Source of the DNA: Rhynchobatus australiae
Taxonomy: Eukaryota
DNA: 63,543 nt
Assembly (NCBI GenBank): GCA_034780895.1
Contig: JAUZTB010000001.1
Span: forward strand, 90,298,589-90,362,131
Direction of reading: 5' to 3'
Shown here: piece after piece, positions 1-14,495 of the stretch
How positions within the stretch are numbered: the stretch's first letter is position 1
Layout: each line of letters starts with the position of its first letter
Position numbers and translations under genes: made by a program
Notes under the pieces: generated by a model
What the model was told of the DNA's origin: nothing
Database searches by the model: none
The model's input: the letters and a program-made list of their open reading frames with translations, nothing else

Positions 1-814
1 AGTTTTCATTACAGGTTACAAGTTACAGAGACTTGAATTTTCTGGTGGTAACATTTCTTTGGCCAGACTGATGAAAATAACAGAGTGGATTAGGCGGTGA
101 TTAATCCCATCTATCAACTGTGCATATTATGGCACAGGTGATGCAGAAGTTCTTATAGGCTCTCATTTGTACAACAGTATATTCTAATGACATAGTTGGT
201 TTTGTGGTTCTATTTCTGGCAAAACATGGGATTGGCTATGACTGGCCTGTACTCAACCATTTTGTCAGGACAACTTCATTGGAGCTTTCCCTTCTGCCTA
301 TTTGGTCATTCATGCTTTTCCAGAGATTTGCATCCTTTCCAACACTGGGATTGATATTTCCCATGAGGGTAGTTTGTCTCCCTCAAGAGGCTGGGGTTTT
401 TTCATGGTCAGAGTAGAAATCCTCTTTGGCATCCACAGATGCCAGAGTTGGTGCATAAGCACCGATGACGATAGTGTTTTGATTTAGTGTTAGAGAGACC
501 AAGAGGACAATGAGTTACTTCCTTATGCAACAGGGGAAGATGCCAGACTAATTCATTTTTAACTGCAAAACCCACACCCTCAAGTTGGTGCTCCCCTTCC
601 TAAGGAGGTGTACCCCACTGCCTTGTTCTTTGAGCTTACCATCTCCTGTCTATAATGTCCCCTTCTGTTGGTTAAAGTAACTGGGAAGTTTTCAGTTGGC
701 CACTCAATGCTGTCTAAGTTGGTTAAAACCTCGGGAAAGTTTCAGTTGGCTGTTCAATGGTGACTGAAGCTGGGTACATTTCCCTGATAATATGAAGACA
801 TGTGATTGATTTCT

Positions 815-1130
815 GGAACATGTTACCAGAGGAGGTGATGGAATCAAATACAATTACTTTTTAAGAGGAATTTAGACATTCACTTAAATAGGCAAGGCAC
901 AGAAGGATACAGTCCTAATGGGAGCAAATAGGATTAGTGCAGACAGGCAAAAAGGTCAGCTTGGACATGGTGGGCCAGAGAGATTGTGTTTGTAGCAAAA
1001 AACAAATTGCTGGAGGAACTCAACTAGTCAGGCAGCACTGACCATTCCTTTCCCTCCACAGATGCTACCTGACCACCTGACCAAGCAGTTTGTTTTTGAT
1101 TGTTTTTGTGCTGTAAAACTCTATGACCCT
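815..1130 (+). mobile_element. CR1-type LINE 3' end, interrupted by a short palindromic insertion at 994-1097
   Basis: ttaagaggaatttagac...tgggccagagagattgtg...gtgctgtaaaactctatga tail typical of elasmobranch CR1/HER1. Confidence 0.7.
994..1097. mobile_element. Short palindromic Penelope pLTR-derived insertion
   Basis: aaacaaattgctggaggaactc...tcaggcagca versus gatgctacctgacc...agcagtttgtttt; flanked by gattgtgtttgt (982-993) and gattgtttttgt (1098-1109). Confidence 0.7.
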
Positions 1131-2059
1131 CTATAAGTAAGTGCAAGTCACACCTCAAGAAGAGGATGAACCTGTCCCTATCGACCAGGAGATGTTGCTG
1201 AATGACCCAATAATTTTCCCAGAGCACATTGGGAGACTGCACAATGTTTAACCAGCTTTCAGACAAGAGCTATCAGGCTTCAGACAGCACAACCACCAAG
1301 ACTGGAGAAGAAATCTTAGGTCATTTATAATGCAGTGAATTGCAAATTAAATGCCCGAGTACTTGAAGCATTTGGTACTTCTGTTTTAGATGCAACTTCA
1401 GAATAGATGCCTTCCAATAACATTGTCAGACCTGTCCCCACATAATTTCCAATCTGGTACATAGTGATAAGACAACTTTGTGTGTTATTTGTTTCTGGGA
1501 ATCAACACAATGGTGACTAACTTTGAGTAAAGCTGCAATTTTTAATTTTTTCTGCTCAGATGACTTGCTGGAAATAGTGATAACATTTAGGGAATTATGC
1601 AGATCAAGATTCACTGCCAAGAATTTCTGCATTTAGTTTTGAAAAGTAATATCAGCTACCCAACTGAAAATAGCTTAATGACTGGAGAGAATATTTTCAT
1701 AGTATTTGGCTACAGAAATAATGGTCCCCAAAGACACTGTGGTATTGCATGAGATTTATCTGGCCCCATTATGTGAAAAATCCCTCCAGTGTGCTGTGTA
1801 ATAACAGTCCTTAACAGTTTCTCAATTAAAATATGTTCTCAATATGTTTACCTTAGTTTATACTTTTGTTCGTGTACTTGATATGGGAATATATGTAGGA
1901 ATATTTAGGGTGTTATCAACTTTCCATATCTACATGTGAACCTTGTATATGTGGAATAATTTATACAGAGGAAAAAAAACATGAATTGCCATATCTTTCA
2001 TACCCTCACAACATATAAAAGTACCTTACAATTATGTTATAATGTGTTATAATTGCTTT

Positions 2060-2370
2060 AGTATCAGAAACGTGGCAACCAATTTGGCACAAGAAGCCAT
2101 GTGATAAATAACCAGTTACTCTATTTAGCCTGCAGCATGTTTGAGTGATAAATGTTGGATAGAACATCAGAACAATGACTTCATTATTCTTTGAGTAATG
2201 TCATGGGATCTTCCTTTTCATTGAAATAACAGTTTAATGTCTCACAGCAGCTGAAACATAATATCCACAACAACATAGTACTTCTTTGGCAAAGCACTGA
2301 AATGTCAGATTAGATTAGATGCTCAAATCAAAGAGTATTGCTGGAACCAATAACATCTGAATTAGATGAC
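2060..2370 (-). mobile_element. Deu-domain SINE (SacSINE1/AmnSINE1-like), old copy
   Basis: gaaacgtggcaaccaattt...tgtgataaataaccag...gataaatgttgg...catgggatctt...gtttaatgtctca is the reverse complement of the recalled Deu core. Confidence 0.7.
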
Positions 2371-4416
2371 ACATTAAGTTTATTTCAATCTTTCACTTTA
2401 CTTGACTTCAGCATCTCATGAAAGAACTTAAGGTTATGAAATCAAATGTTACATTATTCATAAACTGCAACAGCAATACTTTTTAGGAGAAGTAGTAAAC
2501 TTAGAACTCATTGAACTCAAAAGCACTGCCACATGGTATTTTAAAATAGCAAGTACGGAAAGGAGATAGCAACAAACAGGATGGTGGATCACCCTATTGC
2601 TGTTTTTGAATGTCACTTGAAGATTGATATCTTCATTTGCAGGTTTCATAGAAAACATTGTTGGTTTCCCCTTGTTACACTATGTTGGAACTAACATTGG
2701 TCTCAACGTGATTTTTCCTATGCAAAATGTTGGCAGCTGCCATCATTCTACAAAGCAGGTTCAATCTCTGCAGCCATCTCTGACAGAGATACACAAGCAA
2801 CACCCTTCCTTCCATTTATAGTAGAGTATTGTTACTGAATGAATTGGTACTCTAAACACAGAAAGAGGGGGTTGAAGAGTGCCCAAGGCAGTCCTGCAGG
2901 AGGTTGTAATGCACAAGTTCAGTCTATGAATGGCTGCACTTTGGGACCACCTGAAAACTTGCCTCTGTCTGCTGCTTTAGGCTGAGAGAAAAGTAGCCAA
3001 AATGCTCTCTTTGAGTTTGGGGTCTGGATGATTCCCTGACACAGGGTGAGCAGCAAACAGAGTTCTGGTAGAGATCAGCAGCAGCAGCAGCAGCAGCCCA
3101 GGATAATGCTTGGAAGCTGACAGTGACTTTGATCTTCATGGTGAAAGACTCCAAGTACATTAGTCAGGCTGTGTTTGAGGTCACAGTAGGTCATAGAAGA
3201 ATGTAGTTTGAGTGTTAGCCATTAAAGAACACATTTTAAGGGGAAGGCAAAGAGGAGATGATTAAAACATGGCTGTTCTGTGATTAAATAAGGACTATCA
3301 TTTTTCACACAAGTGAAGTTAAAAATATTATTACAGACAAACCTTGCATGCCACACTGCTGTCAGTATCATTTTGAATAGTTTTACATCAGGAAGAAGTG
3401 TCAAGAAAAGAAAATCTCGTTGAAAATCCCACCTAGAAATTTCTCTATTCTGCCAATTTTCAACTGCACGGCACTAATAACAACCAGACATGAACGTAAT
3501 CACTTAAGAGGTGACATGCTTTTGCCAACCAATTATAAATTAAACAGCTAAAAACACATCAAACTTCAATAATTTCCAGGCTATCTTCTCTAAGATAGGG
3601 TGCTTCACCAAATGCATTGCTCAATCACAGCCAGTCAAATGGCAGAGTTTAAACCAATACTTTCAGTTAAAATTTAATATCATAAAAATACAGAATTAAA
3701 AAACTTAATCACATCAGTGATGAAAATATAAAAGATCTTTAATCTGAAATAAAATGCGATATATTCAATAGCAAGTCAGTTTTTCTTTTAACCAAAAAAT
3801 TAATCAAAATTTTTCTGATGCTAACAAACCCAGCACCCTTCTACCATTTTTTAAAAATCTAAATTAATATGCCTTTTAATTATTTAATTTATAAAAGCTC
3901 ACAATAACATGCTCCACTCTAAAGTAATGACATTTAAGTCTCCATGTTCAGATTGACAGAGAAGAACTAAATGATTTAACAGTTGGATGTGAAGGATTTA
4001 CACTTATCCATTCATGTTATGCAATCTTTGAACATCTAGAGAAAGTAGCTAACTGTGAACAACTGTGACTGAGTATGGTTCAATTTTATATTGGAAAGTA
4101 TAGTTATAGTTTCANNNNNNNNNNNNNNNNNNNNNNNNNNNNNNNNNNNNNNNNNNNNNNNNNNNNNNNNNNNNNNNNNNNNNNNNNNNNNNNNNNNNNN
4201 NNNNNNNNNNNNNNGTTTCAAATACGTCTAAGTTTATCTGCTTTTCCTATCCAGGAAACTATTATAAGGACAGAAATAACCATTACACAGCAAGATCTTG
4301 TAACATGTTATTTCCCCCCCATTGAAATACATCAAGTTAAATCAATGGTTATGAATAACAGAGAAAAAGAAACAGAGCAAGTGTTTGTCAAAGAAAAAAA
4401 AACTAGTTAAACTTAC

Positions 4417-4449
4417 ATGTCTCGGAGACGAAGAATCAGGCTGCACGCT
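4417..4449 (-). CDS. PCNX1: PCNX1 coding exon (~exon 13), 33 nt, SVQPDSSSPRH
   Basis: ttttaacag acceptor, gtaagt donor; follows a 91-nt intron; invariant pecanex motif SVQPDSSSPxH. Confidence 0.95.
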
Positions 4450-4507
4450 CTGTTAAAATGAAATGAAGAAACTGTAATTCATTTCGTAATTTGTTGGGAT
4501 TTTGTCA

Positions 4508-4705
<198 letters not shown>

Positions 4706-7323
4706 TCAGACATATTATTCCAATACATTATTACAGTAATCGAAGTTAGGCATAGGAAGTAGAACTGATCTATTTCACTTGGGAACTTCATATGATCCAG
4801 CTTGCAACCTAGGCAAGTTGTTAAGTAAATTTAAACATAATGAAAGATATACAGGCAAGTGCAGCAGCACCTCAAGATTACTTCTTAATTTTCTAGTTTC
4901 TAGTTATTTCAATGGAGCCAAATTTCAACTTATTCTGAAAATTTTACCTATATTTTTGAGAATTCAATTCCAGGATTCAATCCAGTTTCCTGTGAAAACT
5001 GCAAACCAGAAATACTTATCTCTATTTGCCAAATGGAAAAGGATTGAACGTGGCATAGTTCTTTATTTACTTTCTTACTCTGCTGTAAAATCTCAGCACA
5101 TCATCACACGAACAGATGCTGGATGCAGTAACAAATGAATGGGAATTGCATCAAATAGTTTGGAATTTTAACAACAGTTTTGAAAGATTACCTTGCTTAT
5201 TTGTCTGGTGGTAGGCAAGTAAACTAGGGTGCATTTTCCTTCACATATTGTTTCCAAAACCCCTGAAGAGCAGACCACCTGTTATCACTTGCAACTGGAC
5301 AATACATTTAAGATGGAAAGGAGCAACTAGCTAAATAGCAAGATGTGTCATAGTGGTGCCACTGTGTTGATCTTTCAGTTGATAGTAACCTCTGCTGAAA
5401 TAAATGATCTATATTCATCACATAGTAATAAAGTTACATCTATATTTTTTTTGAGGAATTAATGCAGATCTTCAGTTGAGACCAGTCCAATGTGAACAGA
5501 ACCTAGAAGAGACTGACTGCAAGGTTCAACTATAAACAGGAGTACGTGATCTGAAAAATGCTTAAATGGGATCAAGACTACCCAAATTACAATGTAAAAG
5601 TGCCCAAAAATATTAACATATCCACCCACATCCAGGTGTTTATGGTCAAAAATGCAGATGACTTTTTTTCCGACCTTCACGAACATGTGTTCACAAAAGT
5701 ATTGGCTAAAAATGTATTATATCATAAAAAGCACAAGAACATAATAAAGGTAATCCATCATACAATCACACACTTTGTACTCACTGAACAAAATAAGATT
5801 TCAAATGACTTAAAAATAAAAACATATGCAAATATTAAAATGATATATGCGCTGTGCGCAATCTGTGTGCAAGCATTACATTCACAAAGGATGTATAAGT
5901 TGTAACTGTAACAAACTATTACAGATAGTTGTTACAGCAAACAAAACAGAGAAAAAAAAAGCCCTTGTCCCTCTGGATCCTTGATACGCACAACATTAAT
6001 TCCAGCTTTCAGCTACCATGCAATATTCATAAGAGTTTCATTTTGCCTATTGTACAACAAACTCTAAGATATAAAGAAAAATCACGATCATCTCAATCAG
6101 CAAGTTAATGAGCAAGCACCAATTCTAGATTCAAAGGGTGTTCTTGCAATTTGTAATTTTGCATGTGACAATGCAACCAATTATCTAGTAATTGCTGTAA
6201 ACAGCAGTTAACCAATATTTAGCAGTGGTTGGTGTTAAATTTGATCCTATAAACAAAAACAGAGCTTTAAATTACTGCAGAGTGGAAGATTTCCAGTAAC
6301 ATTTGATTGTAGACTTGAAATTACACAATGAGAATGCTCAATTTGTTTGTCCAGAATCTCTTTCCACCTTTTATTTTAGTCGGATAAAGACCAATTCATT
6401 TGATAACATAAAGGTTTGCAACAAAAATCAAAATAACATTTCCCGTGACCTTCAGTTCTTCAATTTTTTTGATTTTCATCTCATAAAAAACCCTGTTTTG
6501 AACTTGCATTAAAATTTGGAATAGGATTTGAAATAATTTGAAATAAATTTGGAATACAATTTGAAATAATAATTAGCAGCCACACCCAGAAAGTTCCAGG
6601 TAAAGTATTCAAAGGTACTCAAGTGCTTCCTTTGTTTTTATTTTATAAATATTAATAATTTTTAATGGTTTAAGTTTATGACTTCTTGAATGCTTCTGAA
6701 TGTTAAGAGAATTCAGCAGCAGTCAACTTTAATAGATGGAGGGCAGGCTTGTTCCCAGCCAGCCATGTGATTTAGTTATTGTACGTCACTGGAGGGTCTG
6801 CCACTATTCAGGGCCTCACTGTTCAATTTTAGGGCCACCTGGGCCAGCAAGCTCGCCTTTTCAATCCTGTAAAAGGTAACCTGGAGAATTAGGGAACTCT
6901 TGAGTGAGAATTATCGAGCCTCACTCAGGAAAATTTGTGCCAGTGCAAGGTGGAGTACGGACCACATTACTTTCAAATAGTAGTCAAGGTCTTTTCATTT
7001 TGGACATTGAAATTCAGGTCAGAGCTTCCATATTCTCCATCAAATGTAGAAAGCACTTGTGTGCAGATACTAGGTGAGAACACTTCTGAAGAACTGTGAT
7101 CACCTCCATGGATAAATGACCTGCTAACACTTGCTATCTAAACTTTCACAGAGGGAATAGTGAATAAAGCAGAGACTTATCAACACCAATGGAACCGTTA
7201 GAAAAAAATGGAAGTAAAATATTAAGCTTTATTCCATATGAACTTTTTACTTTTTAAAGAGGCACACAAGTCTGGCAGTGAGTGAACATGCACCTATGTC
7301 GCCTTTAATGGTTAAATCTCTTA

Positions 7324-7820
<497 letters not shown>

Positions 7821-8756
7821 ATGCTAATGTACAAAGTTGCACTGTGTTTTTGCTTTGAAAAAAGCCTTCACATTTAAAGGCAATGTCCTTTGGAGCCAAA
7901 CTGATGTGTTCCAGCAAGTGAGCTTATCCACATATTTTATTTTGAACACATTTTCAAGCCAAAGTGGATGTTAAACTTGAATTTCTTTTTGAATTACATT
8001 TCTTCTGAAAATTCATATTTGTATACTTTTGCTTAATTATTTATTGAAATGAAAAAAGTTATTTTTGGTCTGACAACCTCTATGCCGTAAATCATTTCAA
8101 AGAGTACTTTGCCAAGCAATATAGTTTTTTATTAGATTCAGAGAATAGGGTTAGAGCAGACAGTTGGCAACAGTTGAGCCAGTAGAACCTGAGCATAGGG
8201 GAAAGCATTGAACAGTTGTTATAGTTTGCAGCTGTTAGTAATGGAAAAAGTGGGAAAGGGACTGTTTAAGCACACGTTGGNNNNNNNNNNNNNNNNNNNN
8301 NNNNNNNNNNNNNNNNNNNNNNNNNNNNNNNNNNNNNNNNNNNNNNNNNNNNNNNNNNNNNNNNNNNNNNNNNNNNNNNNTTTCATTCCTTCATAATGTG
8401 GGTAATAGAAAATCAGAATGCAAAGTGTATTTGAGATTTTTGACATACACCCACCATCATTTCACCTGATGTAAACCTTTTTTTTAAGATGTACTAGGTT
8501 TACTTGGTATCCAAATGCCCAACTTAGCACTCTTAGTGCACACTCTGGCTCAGGTAATCAGAAAATACCACATAGAAACATATAAATAATGTCTCATGAT
8601 TGATCCAACTCAAGATTTAAATACCTTATTTACCAATATGGTAACCAGACTGCAATATTTTTGTAGGATTTCCTTTTTCTGCAGCAAATTGAGAACCATA
8701 CATTTCAAACAACCCAACACTACTTTTTCATGCACAGCTTTATATCCAATACTTAC

Positions 8757-8814
8757 TAGATCATGTGGATAAAATCTAACTGAGGTAGAGCTTGATAGAT
8801 GGGAATCTGTTTCC
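8757..8814 (-). CDS. PCNX1: PCNX1 coding exon (~exon 10), 58 nt, ETDSHLSSSTSVRFYPHDL
   Basis: cccctttgcag acceptor, gtaagt donor; matches human DTDSHVSSSTSVRFYPHDV. Confidence 0.95.
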
Positions 8815-9864
8815 CTGCAAAGGGGAGAGAGTGGTAGGGAACATTATGGCATAAGTACATGAAAAGTATAAATCTTAATTGTTTTGTAACTGGTTAAGAG
8901 TATCAGAAATTATATTTTGAAATGTTCAGCATCTCACTGACTTTCATTTTTTAATTTTTTTGATCTTAGGCAACATTATAAATAACTTGAATCTCAAGAA
9001 ATAAAAGAGGAAGATTTTAATCTTCACAAGACGTCATATTAACATTTTACAACTGAAATGCTAGACAGCCTTTCAGCTATAAATAATACAACCTAACCTT
9101 CAATTGAGGAATAGCACTATTAAAAACATCACTATTGCTCTGTCCCATTTTGTTTATTTCAAACAAATGATGACAGCCATAACTTCAAGCCACATTCCAC
9201 ACATTTAAAAATACAATTAAGTTCAGGTGGCAAAGTGGGTTAGGTCTGGTTTCCACCACAGCAGTTTCTACTTTTGAGTCATCTACCAGCAGAATTTCAG
9301 TTCTAACAAGCTCACTGTTACCTCTCCGCTGTTTCACACCTGATGGGAAAACTAGCAACCCATCTGTTCTGCCCCATTATTCAGATTAGTCAAGTTTAAA
9401 ATTACATCAACAACAATGGAGGAGTTGTGTGATACTCATTTCATTTAAGAGAAAATTATCAACTACAGTAATAAACAATTTAAAAAGGATTGGAAAGCTT
9501 TCAGGTTAATCACAAGACTATAATGCATTATATGTTCTCAACAAGAACAGTAATTGGGAACATTGCAATTGCTGTGAAACATCCTGGAACAGCAACAGAA
9601 AGAGAAAATCAGTTGGAGATTCTGATCCTGATCACTACACCCAAGCCTTCTGGAAACATGTGCCAAAATTGAAGAAAGATAAAGCTGAGCTTAACTGTGA
9701 ATCTATCAACTTCATATTGTTTCATAACAATTCATTTTCTACAGTCATGAAGGGAGACCTCCTATGAAATCTACCAACAGTTCACACCAAAGCAATAAAC
9801 TGTACCCCAAACATGAGAAAATTCCCAAAATAGATGGAAAGTGCAGAGATGGAAAAATACGACA

Positions 9865-10086
9865 AACAATCTGATGAAGGATCTCAGCAGGTCAGGCAGC
9901 ATCTGTGAGGGGGGAGGAATTTCCAGGGTTTCAGGTCCAATATTGTCAGGGTTTCAGGACTGATGTAAGGTTTGGACCCAAAAGAGACAATTACTTTCCC
10001 TCCAAAGATGCGGCCTGACCTGCTGACTTTCTCCAGCAGATTGTCTACTGCTCCAGATTCCAGCATCTGCAGTCCCTTGCGTCTCC
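9865..10086. mobile_element. Palindromic Penelope pLTR-derived insertion
   Basis: cagcaggtcaggcagcatct versus agatgcggcctgacctgctga; ends ccagcatctgcagtcccttgcgtctcc, same family as 7589-7820. Confidence 0.75.
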
Positions 10087-11409
10087 TAAAGACAAATACG
10101 GAACAGTCATGATTCAGCAGAGCAGCAGCATATATTTGAGGGGTCTATTATTGTTCTTATCTCTAAAATTTTCAAGATTGAGATTGAAAGATTTTTTAAA
10201 TCAGAGAATGATGTCAAGAAAAGGAAAGCAAATGGAGTTACAGTATAATACACATTAATCATGACCTAATAGAAGGATAAAATGAACTTGGGGAAGGAAT
10301 ATCCTGGTCTCCTTCATACAAGTTTTCTCATGATTTTAGTTCTTCCATTCATGTGTTATTAGGATGACATGCATCTGTCAGATTCAAATATAGTTTAAGA
10401 TGACCATTAACATGAGGAGATACGAATGGTTGAAGCTTATTAGTCAAAATCAAGTGCATAGCATGAATAATTAATTAATTCAGGGTCATTAGTTGATTGA
10501 GAGATAGGAGGTAAAGGATAAATCTCTAGAGATCATAAGAAAATTGAGAAAGTTTGTAATACAATTGATAATAGGTGCCAACTAGAAAGAGATGAAGAGA
10601 ATATGAGCCAATAGTGGAGATAGTTTAAGGGTCACATTAAAAGAGAATAGTAATCAGGTTAGGAAAGTGTTAAGATTGCAAGGCATAGCTAGCTGATGCA
10701 GAGATAAACAAATGAAGGTTGGAATGCAGGCCAAGTGTAGGAGAGCTTATCATGAGATAGGCAGAGTCAGAACAGAAAATCAAGATCATGAATTACAGCA
10801 CAGGAGAAATACCTGTCAGGCAGATGGAGGTAATTCTAGCAGAGATAAACAAATATCAAATACTACAAAGAAAAGTGGATTATTGATGAATTATCATGAA
10901 ATTGTAAAATCCGTATGTAACTATTGTAACTTGAATACTATAAATTGCTGCAAGTTTTCTGGGTAAATGGAGTATTGAGTTCTCACTTGAAGTGCTCCCC
11001 AGTGTAGACTGAATGAAGGCCTGAATATACTGACTTGTTCAAGAAATTTACTACTGCTGTAGAAGATTTTCTTTGTGTGCTGTCCAGCTCTGAGCCATTA
11101 TTAAGAAGGCAACTGGGCCCCATGTGGAAGGGTGCGGGTCAAACAAACATATCCCTCCAACAAGAGGCAAAGTAGGAACAAAGGGAATGTTCTCTGATTG
11201 ACATGATGTGAAAAGTTGTGTTTTTTTTTAAATGGTGTTAACCATATAGGAATAGAGCATTGCATATCCAATTTTCAGCTGACCCTCAAGTTAGAAATAA
11301 ACAGTGCATACAAGGGAAAGGGAAGAGGTTGTACAAGAATACTGACAGACTAAGGCAGAGTTGAGTTCAATGCAAGGATCTTTGGATAAGGAGGACAAAT
11401 CAGCCCTAT

Positions 11410-11680
11410 ACCCTGGATTTTTGTTTTCCGGTTTCTCCAGAACCCTTTTGTCATTTAAGCTTCCCTACTCTCCACCCTATGACAAATCATTCTTTGTATC
11501 CTCTCTACTCTCTCTCCAATTTGAATCTAGTTTTATTTATAATTTCTTGTTCTGATGAAAAGCCATCAACCTGAAATGCAAATTCTTTTTCTCCTTCCAC
11601 AGATACCACCTGATCTACTGAATATTTCTGACATTTTCTGGTTTGTTTCAGATTCATATCATCTGCAGCGCTTTACTTTC
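11410..11680 (+). mobile_element. Penelope-like pLTR inserted in an old CR1 relic (~11160-12130)
   Basis: Pyrimidine-rich tract, then tCTGATGAaaagccatcaacctGAAAt, ccacagataccacctgatctactga, catctgcagcgcttt. Confidence 0.65.
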
Positions 11681-12379
11681 ACATCTCCTTAATGGTGAAA
11701 GATTAGAACCTGAAGAGAAGCAAATGGACATCAGTCTCCAAGTATACAAATTACTACACAGAGATTAGAAAAAAAAAATTAGCCTTTACTTCAAAAGAAA
11801 TGTAATTAATTATAAGCCTCATGAGGAAACACAATGCAGATACATTGAAATGTTGCCAAAGCTTAAAATGATAAGTTATGAGTTTGTATACCCCAGTTTA
11901 GAAAAGTGAGGGATTTTTAAAATTATGAAGGGATATGAGAGAGAGCGAGAGCAAAGAACGTCCTCTGGTGAACAAGAGGGCATAACCTTACAGTTAGAGT
12001 TGGACATCTAGAACAGGAATCTAAAAAGACCAAGTTTGCTGGGGCAATTGACATTTTCAAGGTTGAGATTGATAATTTTTTGTTAGGTAAGGGCCTAAAG
12101 GGAAATGAAGCAAAGACAGAAGAATATTAAGTGTGGATAAGTGATGATCCAACTTCACATACACCTGTCTTTGCTTCATTTCCAAAGAGTCAAAGGGTTA
12201 AATAATCTCCCACTATCTCCATGTTCTTATAACAACAAAGGAAGCCATTTGACAACTGGGTGTCTGCTGGCTCCCAAGGGAGCAATCCCATTATTTTCAT
12301 TTCCCTTCTCTCATTTCCATGCAGCCTTGCAACTTATCCTCTCTCACACATTCCCATCAGTTCCCCTTTGATTCTTTTT

Positions 12380-12530
12380 GCCTTTAATCCCTACCAATGG
12401 ATCACTTACAGTTGCAAGCTAAACTTTGGGATATGGGAGGAAACCCATTCATGGGCCAAATGTACAAACTCCACGCATCCGCGATCACAATCAAACCAGA
12501 GTCCCTCGAGTCATGAGGCAGCAGCACTAA
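12380..12530 (-). mobile_element. V-SINE (HE1-like), degenerate
   Basis: tgggaggaaaccc...tgtacaaactcc...tgaggcagcagcacta. Confidence 0.6.
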
Positions 12531-12689
12531 ATGTTGTAGAAATATCAAGACTGAAGATTTCCAATTCAATAAAAAAAATCACAGGAATTTTGTTAATATA
12601 GCCAGAAATTGCAGGCTAGGCCCCTTTAGAATTTCTCAATATTTAGTTTTGACATAACCTTGGAACAATTGAAACAGAATTGTAGTTAC

Positions 12690-13175
12690 TGAAAAGCAAG
12701 TCACTGCAGATGTGGGAAATCTGAAATAAAAATTATGTGCTAATGTTACTAAGTAGGTGAGTCAGCATCTGCAGAGAGAAACAGTACTAATGTTTCAGGT
12801 CCATGATCTTTCATTGGAATTAGAAAAGTGAGAAAGCAAGGGTAATCAAACTTGCAAAGAACAAAGGGAATGCTTGCGATAGAGTGGAGACCAAAGTGGT
12901 CCAGGTGACACAATCAATTTTGGTGCCAACTTAGAGAAGAAAATAAATGCTAGTTAATCTCTTCAAGGTGCAATTTCTTGATTCTGCAATGGTGAGTTTG
13001 CACTTCAAGCAGCCATTCACTTAAATTTTCTATCCCAATCGGACATCTCTAAATTCAGTTGCTAACAATGTTCCACCAAAGCCTAATGCAAGATTCAGGA
13101 GCAGTACCTCCTCTTTCAGCTAGACAAAATGCAACCCTCAGGAATCTATGTTGAATTCAACAGTTCAGATAACTC
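12690..13175 (+). mobile_element. Penelope-like element: inverted pLTR (12690-12830) plus GIY-YIG C-terminal relic
   Basis: 13081 onward translates A*CKIQEQYLLFQLDKMQPSGIYVEFNS, resembling the PLE terminus RKLEEQHLIFRLGTLQPxGMNIEF; upstream inverted pLTR is typical PLE architecture. Confidence 0.75.
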
Positions 13176-13440
13176 GCCTTTCCTGTTTTTATCAGGACTG
13201 GCCAGATAATAATATAAGATCATCTTGTGGAATCATTGCATTCATAAACAAAACAGAATAGCACTGTGTGTAAATTCTATTTGGTTAATTCAGTGGAGTA
13301 GAACTCTCAAAATCAAATTCTTCAGACATCATCGCGGATTTTGTTTTGACAGAACATTAAAGCAGAACAATCCATGGTCCGAGTAAAGCAAGCAGGAGCA
13401 GGTATGAAAGATTCAATTAGATCACAGTATTTTCTAGTCA

Positions 13441-14495
<1,055 letters not shown>

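Noticed and set aside
3076-3096. (CAG)7 giving poly-Ala in ORF 2924..3160
   Set aside because: Short intronic microsatellite; the ORF has no pecanex similarity or splice support
1-4416. Search for the next PCNX1 exon (GHNRIIAYSRP) here, and for the preceding exon (GGGIEMSEFIRE) in 59939-63543
   Set aside because: Not found by eye; presumably outside the window or in a gap
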